A stretch of 63,325 nucleotides of DNA, filler included, from Choristocarpus tenellus KU-1152 (taxonomy: Eukaryota > Protista > Phaeophyceae): assembly GCA_964200185.2 (NCBI GenBank). It is 11 parts of 11 records of this genome, joined end to end, with 100 filler letters (N's around TTAATTAATTAA, not from the genome) between each part and the next. Parts side by side here need not be neighbours in the genome. Positions count along the whole stretch, not along the records: positions 60,263 to 63,325 come from CAXNAD020022589.1; 10 more parts are not named here. The stretch is one strand, 5' to 3'. The notes under the pieces were generated by a model. It was not told the origin of the DNA. It saw only the letters and a program-made list of their open reading frames with translations, and searched no databases. The translations under genes were made by a program, and so were the position numbers. Shown in pieces: positions 60,900 through 63,325 of this stretch. Positions within the stretch are counted from its first letter, which is position 1. Every line of letters starts with the position of its first letter.

Positions 60900-61560
60900 G
60901 GATGATGAGCAGTCACCTCAGAAGGTCGTGGTCAGTGAAAGCCCTTCGCCATTTTTGCCTGAAAAAGAACAGAACCTGGATCACATCTCTCCCAAATCGG
61001 ACGTTGCACCTGACCCTCCCATATGAGCAATATCCACCAAAATCCCCTCGACAGAGCCTTGTACATGCTCGTGCCACTCAAGACAAACACTTAAAGCCAT
61101 TTCGAAATCGCTTCTTGTAGCTGGCACATGGTAAGGTGTACTTCATAGCGTCACCAACTTGAAATGAAAGTAGCTGGCACTGAAGCTTGGCCTGTCTCGA
61201 CTCCCTCATGGGATACTCTGCAGCTTTGAAGCTGCTCCCACCAGTTGCTCACCACCCATCATTCAAAAAGGTCCAACTCCTATCAATGCCACAACGGAGT
61301 ACACTTCATAGATAGAGGTGAGGCTCTTGATTGCTGACTATCACGACTGTTGGCCACCAGATGTGGAGTTGATGTGGACTAGATATGGGCGGCTGTATAG
61401 ATTGGAATGTAGGAGAGCTCAAGTGCCCATTGTCTGTGCGGTTTCAGCCAAATTGGCCTCTATTCACAGCGATCAAGACCGTACAACCCCCACCAGCAGA
61501 ATTGTGGGGCGCCTAAGGAGTTGGTGACTCTACCCCCAATACATAGTTCAGGCAGATTAT
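60900..61560 (-). pseudogene. Degenerate Ty3/Gypsy integrase remnant
   Basis: IAVNRGQF (SDRGxQF-like), SGGQQ (DGQxE-like) and RQAK...FQVGD in broken frames. Confidence 0.35.
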
Positions 61561-63240
61561 TCTGACTGTCATCAATCTTGAGATGGGTGAGACCCTTGAT
61601 TTTTTGTGTCAGTGAAAGAACAAGTTCCCTTTTGGGTTTGAAGATTCTTGTCGATTCTCAAAATCACATTATGTAACAAATGTATTTTGTCCAACCGTAC
61701 ATCCCGGTGTCAAAAGATGACAATTTCCCCCTGATAACATTGCCAGGGCATCCAAGACACTCGTGGTGCGACTTCTTTGAATGCATCAAGAGCAGGGAAG
61801 TCTCAAAAGAAGAAGCAAGGGAAGGTCGAAAAGAAGGCCCAAAAGAAGGGGGAAAAGAAGGCCCAGGCAGCCGTTTCTTCGTCCTTTGTTGTGGGCAGTA
61901 ACACCTGCAATGCCTGAATGGTGGTGTGGCAACCATGGGAGATGTCAAGTCGAGGAAAGAGAGGAGAAAGCTCTCCAAGAAGGAGAGGAGTACCAAGGGC
62001 CAGGGTGTGCCGGCTAATGACAAGGGAGAGGGCGGAGGAGGTGATGCGGGTGGATACAGGGCCGTTGGTTTTAGTGGAGAGGTGAGTGAAGCAATCCAGA
62101 ACATGCTGACAGTGAAAAGCGTTCGAGCAGGATGCGGTTGGGAAGGCATGGGCAGTGTAGGGAATAGCAGGCGACAGAAATGGCATGAAAATATGTTGTG
62201 GTGTATGCCATGACATGTTGCGTGAAGGCACTTCTGTCATTAGTGTGTGAAAAACACTTTGGTTGAAGTGGTCATGTGGCCAGTCTTGTGAAACAGCACA
62301 CCACAATTCAACCCATTGCGATTTTGAGTTTCTCAGCTTGTCCCCTGCTCACCACTTCACCATAAGAAAGATCCTTTCCTAGTGGACATACTACTAAGAA
62401 GCCTTGATTAGAAAAGTGGACGCACCTCTTTCCAACGTGTCTCTTTATTGTGGGTAACAGTTCTTGTCAGTGTAGTGATTTACAGCATTCCTAACCCCGA
62501 ATAGACCAAATGCTATATTTATTGTTGAAATGATACACAGCATGCAGAACTCTAGGAATTGCCATACTGTCAACCTGGCTGCCTACAGATGTCACACATT
62601 AAATACAGAGTGATTCTTGTGTTTTGGATGTTTTGACCTTTCAAAGGGGTTTTTCAACTTGAGATAAAGGCATTCAAAAAGGGCATCTGACAATGATAAC
62701 TTGCTTCTGTAAACTGAATATGTAGAACACTTAAACCAGTCAAAATGCACTCTACAGGGAAGGATTGTCTGCTCCAAAAACATGTTCAACTAGAAAGTCA
62801 CAGGGGTCCATACAACTCATCGAAATCCCCTCTTGGCTGCTTTGGCTCTTAGGCAACAGAAAGATGTACTCAACAATGTGTTGATGTATCTTGCATCCAT
62901 ACCGTGCTTGCACCTTCTCTCAGGTCTCATTCATACCCGTCATGAAACCTATATTTACAATGGTGGCGACTTTATACTGTCCCTAGACCTCTGGATCACC
63001 GTTATATTTCATCCAGATACACGATCAACTGTTGTCAGCGTGGAATTTTCCAAACGCCCAAATAGACATAGAGAAATGAACACGTCTATATTCCCTATAT
63101 ATTTACCCAGTATATGGGAAGGATGGGAAGAGAAAACGTCCATCAGCAGTGCCCCTCGGGTCATTGTTTCTTTTCTAGGATGTGATGTTTCTGGCACGTC
63201 AGTAAATGGAGGGATGGGAATTTCATTAGTCTCACTGTTT

Positions 63241-63325
63241 GACCCAAAGTATCTGGGGGAGGGGGGGGGGTCTACACCGGGGTGTCTATTTGGACCGAAA
63301 ATCAGGAAAAGTGAATTTACATTAT
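63241..63325. mobile_element. Family B end at window edge
   Basis: GACCCAAAGTATCTGGGGGA(G)nTCTACACCGGGGTGTCTATTTGGACCGAAAATCAGGAAAAG. Confidence 0.75.

Noticed and set aside
61664-62306. Overlapping 95-167 aa ORFs with Lys/Glu/Gly-rich repeats
   Set aside because: Low-complexity purine-rich tract with no domain motif, within a decayed TE region.

Overview
Eukaryotic nuclear DNA, most likely from a photosynthetic stramenopile (brown alga or close relative). The evidence is intron-rich GT-AG genes, signal peptides followed by SAF/SGF plastid-targeting motifs, interstitial TTAGGG seeds and algal-type TE remnants. The window is not contiguous: ten 100-bp linkers (N-run, TTAATTAATTAA, N-run) join 11 contigs. 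Host genes with traced exons: DPH5 (5' part), SGT1, proteasome beta subunit PSMB2, RPS26, a plastid-targeted five-bladed beta-propeller GH-like protein, a plastid-targeted NlpI-like TPR protein, a partial EF-hand protein gene and an intronless secreted microbial-type expansin. The first six form three tight head-to-head pairs. There are two tRNA genes: Ser(TGA) and an unusual Val(GAC). The rest is TE-rich: about 12 copies of a ~260-bp GAG...CTC MITE with mixed 3/4-bp TSDs, a related poly-G MITE family that breaks the assembly, a CAG-terminal family, and an intron-containing Sola-like DDD transposase pseudogene. Remnants of Ty3/Gypsy, tyrosine-recombinase, RTE-like and RLE-type retroelements are also present. 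Best leads: the expansin, the Sola-like transposase with its candidate MITE families, and tRNA-Val(GAC). All calls come from motif reading by eye; no database searches were run.
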